Below, in pieces: positions 1-12,488 of a DNA stretch of 64,000 bases. This DNA is from Oikopleura dioica. Its lineage: Eukaryota; Animalia; Chordata. Position numbers and translations under genes: made by a program. The stretch is from the NCBI GenBank assembly GCA_907165135.1, contig OU015567.1:12214001-12278000 (forward strand), in the 5' to 3' direction. The notes under the pieces were generated by a model. It was not told the DNA's origin and ran no database searches. It saw only the letters and a list, made by a program, of their open reading frames with translations. Position 1 is the first letter of the stretch. Every line of letters begins with the position of its first letter.

Positions 1-299
1 TTATTTCGCAGATGATAAATTTTAGACTGTTATTTTCTGATTATTCGTTGGTGCTTTAAACCCAGTGCTCTAGTTCTAGTTTCAGTCTGGCGTAATAAAA
101 TCATAAATTTCCCGGCATAAATTTAGTTTAATTGTTCATGACTTAGAGTTCACAATCTATGGAGGCTCATAAAATAAGAAGGAGAGTTCTATCAATACTA
201 TCGACTATCGGCAATTTCAGATGGATTTCCATGAATGAAGAGTGTCAATTTTACCAAATACAGAAAGTTCAAATCAAAGATACAGTCAAACAAAAGAGA

Positions 300-984
300 T
301 CAACTTTGAGCGCTTTCAGGTAAGCCCCCAGTTTGCGATAAGTGCCTGATTAGACAGACCCAGTCGTGTCCTCGTGGCAGCTCTCCATCGACGAGTTTGT
401 TCGTTGCTCTCGCTTTCTGCCGTTTCGTCAGTTGTTCTTTCTTCTCTTTGACCTTCTTTTCTTTCACTTCAACAGGCTCTTTCACTACTGTCGGGCGTTC
501 TTTTTGGAATTTTGTTAAATCGTCAATGTTGTCCTTGACTCCTTCGATGAGGGTGTAAATCATGGGGTCTCCTAAATCATCATGGATTTAGCAACTTTTC
601 AACAACTACTGCCTTGTCTTCAGAGGACAAATCTCTACAGTAATTGATGGAGAGATAGTGTACCTAAGTTTTCTTCTGCTTGATTCTTCAAAAATTCCAA
701 AATATGTTCCTTCGTCGCATCCGTCAAATGAGTGTTGTAAAAGCTCTCTAGACTGAATTCTGGCGCTTCTTCGGGGTAGTTTTCTCCCCATTTAAAGTCG
801 ATTTTGACATTTTTACCGGATTCCCTTATCAAATCAAAATCATCACCTCATTCAAACAGTCTTACCCTTCTGGAGTAATTTTATAGCTAAACTCCGTTTC
901 AGAAACCTTTTCGTAACACTCATCATCTTCAAAAATAGCATCCAAAGCTTCCAGCTCCTCTTCTTGCTGCTCTTTTACCGACAT
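300..984 (-). CDS. RWDD4: RWD domain-containing protein 4-like, 3 exons
   Basis: Spliced product MSVKEQQEEELEALDAIFEDD...NVKIDFKWGENYPEEAPEFSL...LGDPMIYTLIEGVKDN...GHDWVCLIRHLSQTGG. RWD motif YPEEAP and an RWDD4-type C-terminus; GT-AG introns. Confidence 0.85.
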
Positions 985-1186
985 CAAGTTCAATTTTTCT
1001 AGTGCAATGAGGAATTTATTTTTGCTGAAATATTATTGCACTATATTTGAAATTTTGAAAGAATCGTTTTTAGAGAGTATTATTTCAGTAAATTTCCCAG
1101 TAGAAAAACGGACTAGTATAGAGAGAATTTGGTATGAGAGAAAAAACAGTAGCTGGAACTTGAATTTGAAAAAGTCGTAAAAGAGA

Positions 1187-1529
1187 CTAGAATCGAAGAA
1201 TGAGATACAGAACGAAGAAGAAGGCGCAAATGAACATGAAGAGCGTGCACCACATTCCTCCGTAGCCCTTGGCCGAGAGTTTCTTTACTTTGGAGAAGGT
1301 CGATCCCAGAAATCCCTGACTCTTGTCGAAGTCGCTATCCTAAAAGATTCGTTTGTAATGAGGAGATGAAGAGGGTTCTGACCATTTTCTTGAGCAAGTC
1401 ATTTTGATATCTTGCTTCGTCGCCAATTTTGATCGCAATTTGCTTCAGTCTGTTTGTTTTTGCGGACAATTCGCTTTCTAGCAGATCGTTTTGCTCCTGA
1501 TACGGGATGTTGCTCCGATGATGAGCCAT
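1187..1529 (-). CDS. BET1: BET1-like Qc-SNARE, 2 exons
   Basis: EQNDLLESELSAKTNRLKQIAIKIGDEARYQNDLLKKM|DSDFDKSQGFLGSTF, then a C-terminal TM anchor MWCTLFMFICAFFFVLYLILRF*. Confidence 0.85.
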
Positions 1530-1560
1530 TCTAAATGTTCAAAAATGCTAACTATGCCTG

Positions 1561-2890
1561 TTAAATTTCAGAAAATTTCAAACAAGCATCATTTTCAATT
1601 CGTTTGAGTTTATCGCCGTCAGAATCGCTTGAAAAGAGAACAACCGAGTGTCCAATTTTACCAGCTCTTCCCGTTCTGCCTGATTTATGAATGTACTCTT
1701 TCGTTGACTGATTCGCGCAGCCGAGATGAATGACCAAATCAACGTCGGGTAAATCGATACCACGGGAAATAAGCGACGTGCCTGTTTACGAGTTTCAGAA
1801 AATATAGTAACGAAACCTGCCTTAGCCTGTGTTATTATATATTTGTGTCTTGAAAACCAGGCAGTAGTGTTTCTCTCTAAAACCAAGTTCCTATTAGCAA
1901 GCTTTTCGTCGTATCTCTCACTGCCTTCATAATCTTATTTCGCTGATTTTGCTGGAATTCTCCGTGAATCTGAAAGACCGCATTCCAAGGCGCATTCTCT
2001 ATAAATCTCAGCGACCCAGCAAGAGCATCAACTTCTCTTTTCTTGTTGCAGAAGACGATGGTCGATCCGAGTTCATTCGCGAATTCGGAGCGAATTTGAG
2101 CGATTACTTGAGCGATTGAAGAGGGAGTAATTTCGAGAGTTTTGAGAGATTTTTTGTAATGAAAAAGGGTTGAAGATGTTTCGAAGGGACGCTTTTCTTC
2201 TATAAGCCTTTCATTTTCCGTTTCCAAATAGCAGAAGTTTTTGCTATTTCCCGCAATGATTCTCAAACGATCTTCAAATTCGACTGAATTCGTTGCACTA
2301 AAGCCCAAATATCGCGCCGGAGAAATGAGGCTCAAAATCTCTTCCGTCTCTTCCGAAAACCCCTTTGAAAGAAGCTGATCTATTTCATCCAACACAGCCA
2401 ATTCAAAGTCATCTGGTTCAATCATCTCCGATCCTACCATTTCAAGAAGAATGCCAGGAGAACCGATGACGATTCGTGGCGATTTCTGAAGAAAGAACAG
2501 GTTCGACTTTGTCGATTTTCCACCGCTGATAAACGCGCAAAAAGACATCCAATCGCCCACAAAGTCGTCTTGCAGATGCTCGAATAGCTTTCGTAGCTCT
2601 TTCATTATTTGAATTCCCAAATCTCGCGACGGAGCAATGATCAGAACTTGAGAAGAATTGGTCGATGGATTTTGAAGAATGTGATCAACGACGGGGAGAA
2701 GAAAAGCGAGTGTCTTGCCAGAACCAGTTGGAGAACGAACAAGAATATTGGATTTTCCATGATCTACATTTTCCACAACGAGTTTTTGAACAGGAAGTAG
2801 CTTCGTAAACCCAGCTTCTTTTGCTGCTTTTTCGACGACTTTTGAAAGGTTTCTTTTCGCAAACAGCCGTTTTCGCACAATTATCAACAT
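1561..2890 (-). CDS. DEAD-box RNA helicase (DEID variant), 2 exons
   Basis: Q motif GFTKLLPVQ, motif I SPTGSGKT, II LDEID, III SAT, IV IVFCNKK; exon 2 gives V (SLISRGIDLPDV) and VI (HKSGRTGRAG). Subfamily not assignable by eye. Confidence 0.9.
1782..1890 (-). other. Non-canonical GA-AG intron (109 nt) in the helicase gene
   Basis: The junction ATA G|gaact...taaacag|GC ACG TCG gives LLIGTSLISRG. The one nearby GT donor gives the wrong frame at this acceptor. Confidence 0.7.
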
Positions 2891-2923
2891 TCTTGAAAAA
2901 GAAACTATACAGCAAATGTTTTC

Positions 2924-4737
2924 TTATTGGTCCCCGTAGCCCAGTTTATAAATCTTATTGTTGTACATTTCGATAAACTCTTCAGTAGGTCCTGCTTCAA
3001 TGAACCACTTCTTCTGGCTCGAGCGATCTATCCGGAAGATTTTGAACTTTTCTTCTTTTAAAATAACGCTCATATTATTGATCATCGCTTCAATTTTATC
3101 TGTGTCGATTTTGCTAAAGTCAGCTTCTTCTTCAAGCTTTCGTTTTTCCAACTTGGTCAATCCAATTGGCAAGTCGATTTCAATTCGAAGCTCGATTTTG
3201 CTACGACTAGGAGGTTCTCTGCCGCGCATTAGTGACCGTCCGTAAGTGCAGACAAAGTCCCAAACAACTTTGTTCTGGTACTTTTTGTTGTGATAGTCTC
3301 GGCTGGAAATGGTCGCCAGAACTGGTATTCGTCCTTCGAGCTGACTTTGTCTGAAAAAAATCAAGTAATTTTAAAGCTCCTTGATCGAATGACTCTTTTT
3401 TCTTCTGCTCACCTCGCTAGAACCCGTCTTTCGTCCCTTTTCAACATCTTCAAGCTCTTCAAGGACATCAATTTACTGCCATAGCTGACGACATCGTGAT
3501 AATTTCCCTTTTTGATCGTCTTCGACAAATCTGTAGCAACGAGAAGGTCTCTTTTTCGCTCTTCAGTGATCCCAGAATTTATGTGCTGGACCTAGGTCTA
3601 GGATCTGGGGTGACAGGAGGTGATCTGAAATGAGTCGCCAGAAATGAATCACCAAAAGATGTGATCGGGTTTCTCGGATCACCTCAAAAAGGTGATCGAG
3701 TCCCGATCACCAAATCAATTTCTGGGAGTTCTTCGATCACCAAATTCGGGTGATCGGATCTCCAACGTCGAATTTCGGTTCATGAAGTTTTTAATTTCCT
3801 TTTTTATTCATTTTTGTTAAGTTTTTTCATAAAGTTTTTTATTTCTTCCGACATAAAGTCGCTTCAAGTATCAGAAAGCTTTTATACATAATTGTCATCT
3901 TCTCTTGTGGTTTGACATCAGTTGAATCATTTTTAAAACCTTCCGATTTTTTGATAGAGAGCGCGAGAGAAATCTGTTGCAAAAAGCCATCTTTCTTGAG
4001 AAATTTCACGAAAATTCGCACATTGGAAAAAATAGGTAAAACGGATTACCACCTTCGAATAAATTGAGGGCCTAAGTCACCGTGGTCGGTTTTACCGACC
4101 CCGTGTATTGAGAAGTTAATCCTTTCTTTAGTTACTTTTTCGATTTTCCGGAAATTCAGACCCTTGCCGTTAGTAACTAATGAATCCAAAGTAAAGGGTT
4201 AGTAAGTAAATGTAAAGTATAAGTTATTAACTTATACTTCATATGAGTAAAAACTGTATATACAGTTATACAGTTATAACTGAGTCGGATTAGAGGGTTG
4301 AAGCGTATTTCGCTCCCGGGGCGAGCCCCTTTCATAATAGTAGAAAGTGAAATGGAGATAATCTCTTAAAATTTCAAATAAAGAGTGGTCGAAAAAGCGA
4401 TTTGACATCAAAATATCGACCCCTGCCCTGACCATAATCACACGACTTTGGTGATCGAAAATGTTTGGATCACCAGTCAGAGGTGATCTCGATCACCTAA
4501 ATCACCAAAAAATTCAGGCGGGTGATCGGCTCCGATCACCTCGTTTAGGTGATCCGCGGAGCTCTATCACATCTTTCGGTGATTCATTTTCGGCGACTCA
4601 TTTCAGATCACCTCCGGTCACCCCAAATCCTAGACCTAGTGCTGGACTTTTTTTCTTTGAAGAAGCTCTTTTCTTTTGCTCATTTTGGCGAGTTGCGGCG
4701 AGCCACTCAAGAATCTTCTCAAGAAGCTCGTGCTCAT
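2924..4737 (-). CDS. Unknown protein with mitochondrial-targeting-like N-terminus; 5' exon split by a TIR element
   Basis: Removing 3592-4647 yields the continuous ORF MSTSFLRRFLSGSPQLAKMSKRKELLQRKK|VQHINSGITEERKRDLL...VLAR, which joins via a GT-AG intron to ORF 2924-3364. The leader is Arg/Ser/Leu-rich and free of acidic residues. Confidence 0.65.
3592..4639. mobile_element. Non-autonomous TIR element (1048 bp), 8-bp TSD, hAT-type
   Basis: TSD TGCTGGAC at 3584-3591 and 4640-4647. Imperfect TIR of about 80 bp starting CTAGGTCTAGGAT; many subterminal GGTGATC/GATCACC motifs; no transposase ORF. Confidence 0.92.
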
Positions 4738-5229
4738 TTCTTTTTCCGATTTCTTTTAAAAACAGACAAATTACCGCGATTATCATTCCTGACTGACGGA
4801 ATTTCCAGTCAGTCAAATTATGTCACATTTTCAATGTTAAAAACATAGGGCGAGCGCGTTGCGTTTGTGACATATATTGCTGAGTGACGGGGGTCCTTTC
4901 AGAAATTCAGGTAGCTTGATAGACTCGTTGAATATTTATTTTTCTTTATATACAGAGAAGAGGAAAGTTTTGAAGACTTCGGTTGTTTTTGATAAGAGGC
5001 GATTTATAGAGCGAATAATACTCTGGAGAATGCATCAAAACATGAGAAATTTGATAGGAATTACAAATTTGACAGTGTGTAATTTATAATTACTGCGTAT
5101 AACAAAGAGAGTATCTTTTATCAGTTTTACAATATCTGATGCTTTGCGTTTCTTATTGGAATAGAGTAAATGACAGGTACCAATTGGAGGACTGGACTGC
5201 TGGTAATGTAATGACTTGCGTTTTCAAAT

Positions 5230-6067
5230 CTAGTTGAGGCTGCATTTGGCGGGTTTCGTCTTTTTCTTTCGTTTCTGCTTTTTGCCAGGGTAGATTTTAT
5301 CATTATCAGTCCTCGGCGTTTTCGGCTTTCTTTGAATCATGATCTGGTCGGTTAGCTTTTCGAAGGTTTCTTCGATTCGCAAATTTGTCTGAAAATCGAT
5401 TACTTTCATGATCAGCGGATTATTTATACTTTTGCGGATGTTTCTATGTATTGTAAGCCGTATTTTGCTGCGATTTGTTCACCCTCTGCTTGCGAAACAC
5501 TTCTAGGTCCATCGACTTTGTTTCCAACTGATAGAAAAGCCGGTTGAAATCAAGGAAGAAAATGGGAAAGGAAACTTACCCAGAATCCGAGGAATTTCAT
5601 CGCAATTTTCTCTTATCTCGCTCATCCACCTTCTGATCGCCTCAAAAGATGTCCTGTTGCTGAGATCAAAGACGACGACGACTCCATTAGCACCGTTGTA
5701 AAATCTACAAAAATTGAGTTCGTCAACCTGGAAAATAGAACTAACGATCTAACAAGAGATTTGAATCGTTCCTGCCCGGCCGTGTCCCAGATTTGAAGCG
5801 TTAATTCTTCGCCCCTTTTGTAGATCTTCTTCAATTTGAAATCGACCCCAATTGTGCCCGTGTAGACATCTAAAAATAGGTCATCAAGCCGACTTGACCT
5901 CCAACAGCGAGAAAATTTGAAAATCAAGTGTCGCCCAAAAAAACGGGGCTGCTTAGTAAGCAGTGCTTACCCGTAAAAGTATTGTCCGCGTATCGTATCA
6001 AAATCGCCGACTTTCCAACACCAGAGTCGCCGACCAGCAGCAACTTCAAAAGTGCTTTTTCCGGCAT
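5230..6067 (-). CDS. Rab GTPase, Rab35-like, 5 exons
   Basis: [56 protein letters not shown]; ends AKCSLN*. Confidence 0.88.
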
Positions 6068-7231
6068 TCAACAAAAGCAATCGATCTTTCCGATTCTTCG
6101 CCTTCCTCTTTTCTGATTCGAACAGATCTCTGAAGATTTCAACTTTATGTAAGAGAAGCTCCATTCTAGAGAAAAAAATAATACAGTTACGGGCCGTAAC
6201 TTACGGTTGAAAGTCTTAAAGATATTTATCCACCATTTTAAATTCTTAGTAATTAATTTATTTAGTATTGTTTAACATGTCTTTTTTACGATCTAATTTA
6301 ACGACGAAATGAAATTTTTTCTCTTTTAGAATTTCCCAAAGAAAAAAAAGGCTGAAACTCCAAATGACGCAACATTCGTCTGACCTCCCTTCTGGGCGTC
6401 TATGAGTTCTGATAAAAAAGCTGAAGTCCTTGTGAGCTAAAGTCGCTCAAGCCCTACTACGAGCGCTGTTTATTACGTCATCGATTCTGAGCTGCTGACT
6501 CAAAAAAGTCAATAAAACGGCATTTTCCGTTCAAGAAGCGAGAAAAGGGTTGAAAAAGAGGAAGTGAATGAAAATTACGCCCTTGCTCAGGGCGACACGA
6601 AGAATATTATGTCCCGGTGAGAGTTGATTTATTTTAGAAAGAAGGTCTCCACCTTGTGGTAGTCACATGATCTTTCTCTTTATAAAAGTCAGGATTCGGG
6701 ACTTTGGTTCTAGTTTCAGAAAAGAAAAAGGGAAAAATCAGCGCGCAGCGCCGATTGGCTGAATAATCATTTTTGACTTTTTTGGCTCTCGGCCTGTCCT
6801 TTATTTTCTTTATCGAGTCGAGCAGACTCTGAAAAGTGTGACTGTAGTACAGTAATTGGAAAAGAGAGAAAATCGCCGCGATTATCGATCGCTTGGTATT
6901 TTGCCACCTACAGCATTTTTGAAATTCATCCCTTTTTTAATTGTAAATTGTGAAAAGAAGAAGAGAATGAGAACGCTGAGAAAACTGACCGTACCTATTT
7001 CAGATCATCTCGAAGCCGGAAAAATTCTCGGAATGGGAAAAACTAGAACGATTTCGACGAGCTCGACTGGCAGGCCGGTGAGTGTCAATTTTTGAAAAAG
7101 AAGAGGAGAAATCGGCGTTGAAAATGGATGATTCATTTTTTCTGTCGATTTATTTTTATGGTTATTCATGAGATGTCAAATTAACGCTTCCTTTTCTCGT
7201 TGATAAGAAAAAGACTCTATTTCTGAAACGA

Positions 7232-9775
7232 AGATGTCCGTAACAAAAGTAGCAATTACCAGTTCTTCTATCCAAAATCGTAAAATTAGTTTCACGTCTA
7301 ACAGACTATTTGCAATAGTCTTTTTCGGAATGCAGAGCAGTACAGTCATTTTCCTTTTTTACGGGCGTTTTGACTAGGCAGCAAAACTTTACTGGTTTTA
7401 CTCATTCTGGTCTTTTTTGGTCTACGGGACCAAGTTTGCTTGAAACTTGAGTAATTTAAAACTCGTCTAACTCTATACTTATTTCTAACTTGTATTTTTT
7501 CACTCAGGTCTCTTATGAATACCCGATCTGGCATCAGGTACATTCATATTGAACAATCGCTATTTGGATTTATAAATTAATTGAATCGGAATAATAAAGA
7601 TTAACAGATTGCAACTTTTAGTTTGAGAGTTCTCACTAATGCGCATCCGCTCTTGCTTTCTTCCTTGATTTCTAGAATCTTTTTCTTTCGGAAAATCTTT
7701 CTTAGTAGCTGAACTTAAGTTACACCTGGCATGAACCTTGAAAAATATCATGTCCAAACTTAATTTACGAATTGTAATGCCTCTATTCTTCATAAAACTA
7801 AATTGTTCAATTCTAGCACCGAAAAACACCAAAGCCAAAGGATGCCTGCATCATTTGCGTTTCCAGCCGAGCGCTTTTCGATCTTCGGGAAGGAAGAACA
7901 GTCATGGAAGAGCAAGGCTTAGAGGGATACATCAAACACATGGTCGAAGCTGAAAATGTTCCACTTGCGCCTGGGCCAGCTTTTGCCTTTGTTCAAGCGA
8001 TTGAGGCGGTTAATTTAGGTACTCTTATGTTGAACAATTGTCGTGACGACTCTTTTTTGAGACAATATTCTGAAAGAATGACAAATCAGATTCTGGTGAC
8101 CCGGATTTTAACTTTCCATGTTCAGCCCTGTTGGAAATCAACCCAGAAGAAAAGAATCTGTTTGACGTTGTTCTGATGTCAGAGAATCACGCGCAATGTG
8201 GGGTGCGTTATCTCAACAGCATCCGACACCATGGGCTCAACATTGAGCGAGTTTGTCTGACCGCCGGTCGGCCTGTGACAAACTACCTCACTGCCTATGG
8301 AACACATCTCTATCTCTCCACTGATCATTCGAAAGTCAAAGATGCGCTCAGAGTGGGAGTACCAGGTAATCATTTTTTCTAATTTATTGAATTTCTTTCG
8401 ATTTCAAACGCAAGATTCAGCAAAATTTTTAATCAAGCCGTAAGTCTTCACATGTTCCGGGCTTCGCCACATTTTTCCGGGAACAGAGACAAGCTGCACA
8501 TCGTATTTTTTCATATTCGTTTCGAGCGAGTTTTTCAAGCTAGAGTAGCCATTTCGAATCTGGCTGTCCCAGTAAGCCACGATGCGGATTTTTCTCTTGT
8601 TGAAGTCGTGTCGCGCAGCAATATGCTCGAATAGCTTTTCAAGCGCTTAAAAGAACCATAAGAAACTTAGAGCTGAATAATTTTTCTTACATTTGAGCGC
8701 AGCATAGTGGGGATTCTTGATCGTGTAAGAAGGATTCGTCCAAGTACCGATTCGCCCGCATTTTATATCGCCTTTGCGCAGCTGAAAAGCGTAGACAATC
8801 GAAATCTCGTAACCCTAGAAAAATTCTCCGATAAAAATTTCAAACTGGGGACACTAACGTATTCAAGAATCCCAGCATAAAAAGGAATTTCTCGTCGCTT
8901 TCTTGAATATCGTGGCATTTTCAATCCGCGAGATTTATCTATTTTTTTCTCAAGATTTTTTTCTTGTTCTGATTGACTTCTGAGGAAGATTTTTCTTTTA
9001 TATAGGTCTTTCATCAGGATGAGAGTCTTTTAAGACCACTTCCATCTTGAAAATCGCCATCTCGATGAGGGCTTCCAGTGTTTTCTTACTATTTCTTTTG
9101 TGAGTCATTTTTTATTGATTCTCAAACAACTCTTCAGCGGCGACGTTGCCACCCTACTCGAAATCTATCGAGGAAAACGACGAGCTCCGCGTTGCCTTCG
9201 ATGGCGATGCCGTTCTTTTCTCCGATGAAGCCGAAGCAGTTGCCAAACGCGAGGGTCTCTTCCGATTCTTCGACCATGAGACAGAGAAAGAGGATATTCC
9301 GCTGGAAAAAGGACCGCTGATTCAATTCGCCTGGATTCTTGGACAGATGCAGAAGAAATTCAGAGATGTGCACACAGAATGCCCGATTCGTACTTATCTT
9401 GTTACTGCTCGCAGGTACATTCTTATTCACGCGGCGGTCAGCTAACATCTTCTAGCGCTGCTTCAGCCGGTTCACGAGCGATGAAAACACTCAGATCATG
9501 GGGATTGGACATCGACGAAGCGCATTTCATGGCCGGTGCTCCTAAGGGACCCCTGCTCGATAAGATCAAGCCGCATTTATTCTTCGACGACCAGGTACGA
9601 AAACTGCTGCATATTCAATAACATATCTTGCTCCTAGGTGGATAACATCAAATCATCGACCGAATACGGACTTCCAGCTGCTCACGTCCCATGGGGAGTC
9701 GCCAATGAAAGCAAAGTCGTCCTCGACGAGGAACCCAATCAAAATACAAGTGCCCAAGAAAAATCCTCCAAATGA
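7232..9775 (+). CDS. NT5C1A: Cytosolic 5'-nucleotidase I (first exon uncertain; secure from 7817)
   Basis: [71 protein letters not shown] are diagnostic cN-I motifs. Confidence 0.9.
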
Positions 9776-10142
9776 CTTCGTTTTTCAATAATAGTTTATT
9801 GTGAATCTATTATTTCTGTTCTTTATCTCTCCCTATCCGATGGACGAAGGAAGTCCGGATCAGCGAGATTTCCCTTCTCTCGAACCACCGTTTTTATTAT
9901 TATTTTATTTTCCTCGTGTATTCTTGAAACATCATTCCCAGTTTCTTCATCTTCCTAAAAGTTACCTTCTGGTTTAGCGCTCATCTCGATGAAGAGCAGC
10001 TTCAGTCCTTCTTTTATTCTATTATATTTTTTAATAAAAATAATTGCAGCTCAGTTTCTGTTACAAAAAAACATCTACTGGAATTTATAAAGAAATTAAG
10101 ACTTCTTGAACTCTTGCAGAAAGTAGCACGCGCATTGCCAAT

Positions 10143-12488
10143 ATGACTAGCGAGGTAGAGCAAGATTCGATTGAGAAAATTAAGGAAGAGACGAAGAAAT
10201 TGGAAGGTAGAACTGTTGCGTAAAGAATCGAGGGAATGCCTTTTTAGTAGAGGATAAACCTGCCATCGACGCTGAGAATGAAGTGGAAGAAGAAGAAAAA
10301 ATAGATGAGGATCCTGTTGAGGAGCGATCTGAAGAACAGAATGCTGATCCAGCCGAGCCGTCTGAAGAACCAGTCAACGATGCCGACAAACCGGACCAAC
10401 CTGAAGAAGCACTGGATGGTTCCGCAGATGGATCAAAAGATGCCCCAGCTGACGCGCAAGAGTCAGAAGACATCGAGATGAAGGAAAATGCCTCATCTGA
10501 TGTTGTTGAAGAATCACCTAAAGACAAACTCGCGGCAGAAGAGAATCCGGAGCAGAAAAATAAGGAGAATGAAGACGTATCCGTAAGCGAAAACCCGGTA
10601 AAGAGCTCATCCAAGATTGGCATCATTATTTCTTTCTTATTGAATTAAACAAATAAGAAACTCAGTGTCTGAATAGAACAAAAGTGAATACTAGGACAAC
10701 GCGTTAGCTGAAGAGGAGGCGAATGAGAGCTGCCTCCTGGACGAGACAAAAGACGAGTTGGAACTCGACTACGAGCCGTTAGAGGAAGAGATTCCGCATT
10801 CCGAAGATCAAAATGCCGAAGACACCAGCGATCAAACGAAAAGCCTCCACTTTAAATACCTCCACTTTAAAAACCTCGATGCCTCCGTAAAAGCTGAAGC
10901 CCTGAATGAAGCAGTAACTCCCTTCGGAAAAGGTTCGAATTTCGAAAAGTGAAAGAATGACGTCTTCGTTTATTATCGTTTTAATCTCCTCCTGATTAGT
11001 TGAAAACGCGAAAATCTGGAATGTTGAAAACACGGATGAATATCTTGGAATGGTCGTTTGCGAATCTGCAGAAATAGCGGCTGCTGCAAAAGCTGCTTTG
11101 GATGGGACTGAAATTTCAGGAAAACAAGTTTCAGTGACAGTGGAGAAATCGGAGAAAGCTGCTGGAGACGAAGAAGTGCCTGCGAACAAGGAAGAAAACG
11201 CCGATAATGAAGAGGAAAACAAGCTCAAAGAACTAAAAAAGAAGAACGAGATTCAACGAAAAAAGGGAAGGTATTTGAGAGATGAAGTCTACGATTCGCG
11301 CTCGAAGATGCGACGGCTCAAGGAGAACAAGAGAAGACTGGAAGACGATAAGCGGCATTATGAAAAATCGGAAAAGAAGGACCGAGGAGAGTACTTGGAC
11401 GAAAAGATCAAGCTCAAAAAAGCTCGTGATGAATGTAAGATATCTTTTTCCACTATATTTTCTTTGGTTTTCTTATTTTATTGAGATTTTAGACGAAAAA
11501 TTGAAGCGAGAAAAAGACCCTGTTCTCGAAGACCGACGAAAGTCGAAAAAAGAGCTTGAGAAGGCGCAACTAGAGCTTGATAACGGAAGAAAGGAACTGG
11601 CCATTTACAAGCACAGCTTACGGGAAATCAGAGTAATGATGTCTTTAAAAACAACTGTTTTTCATTAGGATTTCAGGAAAAGATTAAGGCGCTAGAAGAA
11701 AAGGCAAAGAAGTCTTCGCGAGAAAACTCTGAAAGAGAAAAACTCGAGCGTGAGCGAAGACAGCTAGAAGAAGAGAAAAAGCGTTATGCTCGCGAAAAGT
11801 AAGTTATTCTCGCTACTCAGATATGTTCATGTTAATTCAGAGAAATACTCAATGCAGAGAGACAGTCATACGAATCAAAGCTTTCTCAATCTCGGGATTC
11901 AAGGGGCGGAAATCGAGATATGGGCAGATCATCGTCGACTGTCTTTCGTAGTCGTCCAGATGATTCTAGAAGAGATGGACGAAGGGACGTATCTTCTGGT
12001 GGTCCTTCAAGAGATGCTTACAGAACGCCAGACTCGCGTTCGCACCCTTATCAAAGGTAGGAATTGGGCATCATTTCTTGCATGTAAAATTACTTCCTAA
12101 GGAAAAGCTCAGGAGAGCCAGCATACGAAGATAGCCGAAGCTCACGCCGAACCGATTCAAACCCAACCTCGCAATCACGCAACTCAACCCGAGACATGTA
12201 TCAAAATTCGCGCGCACCGCCTGCCCGAAGTTCAGAGTAAGGATTTCATGTTTGTTTATTTTTGTCAGTGATTCTTCCAAAAAGGAAGCGCCTTTGAGCT
12301 CAAAAGCTGCAGTTACGATCAAAGTCAATAAAACTCGCAAATTTTGGCGATGTCGCTTGATCTCATTGACAAACAAAGAGACTCGCACTTTAGCCCGCAT
12401 ATTTTTTTTTTTTTCATTTATTCATTTTTCTAGTTCCCGTTCAACGAGGCCAAGCTGGGCGAGCGGATACAACCAGGGATCTAGATAA
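10143..12488 (+). CDS. SAFB/SLTM-like RRM protein with acidic N-terminus and R/E-rich coiled coil
   Basis: Acidic exon; RRM (TPFGK|VENAKIW...GMVVCESAEIAAAAKAALDGTEISGKQVSVTVEK); EREKLERERRQLEEEKKRYARE; R/D/S/G-rich tail. Confidence 0.65.

Noticed and set aside
4461-4848. ORFs 4461-4796, 4549-4848 and 4598-4816
   Set aside because: They run through the TIR and are antisense or off-frame to the better-supported ORF starting at 4737.
10180-11228. Long Ser/Phe-rich minus-strand ORFs (also 12827-13249, 57759-58295, 59817-60209)
   Set aside because: Antisense shadows of low-complexity coding exons.
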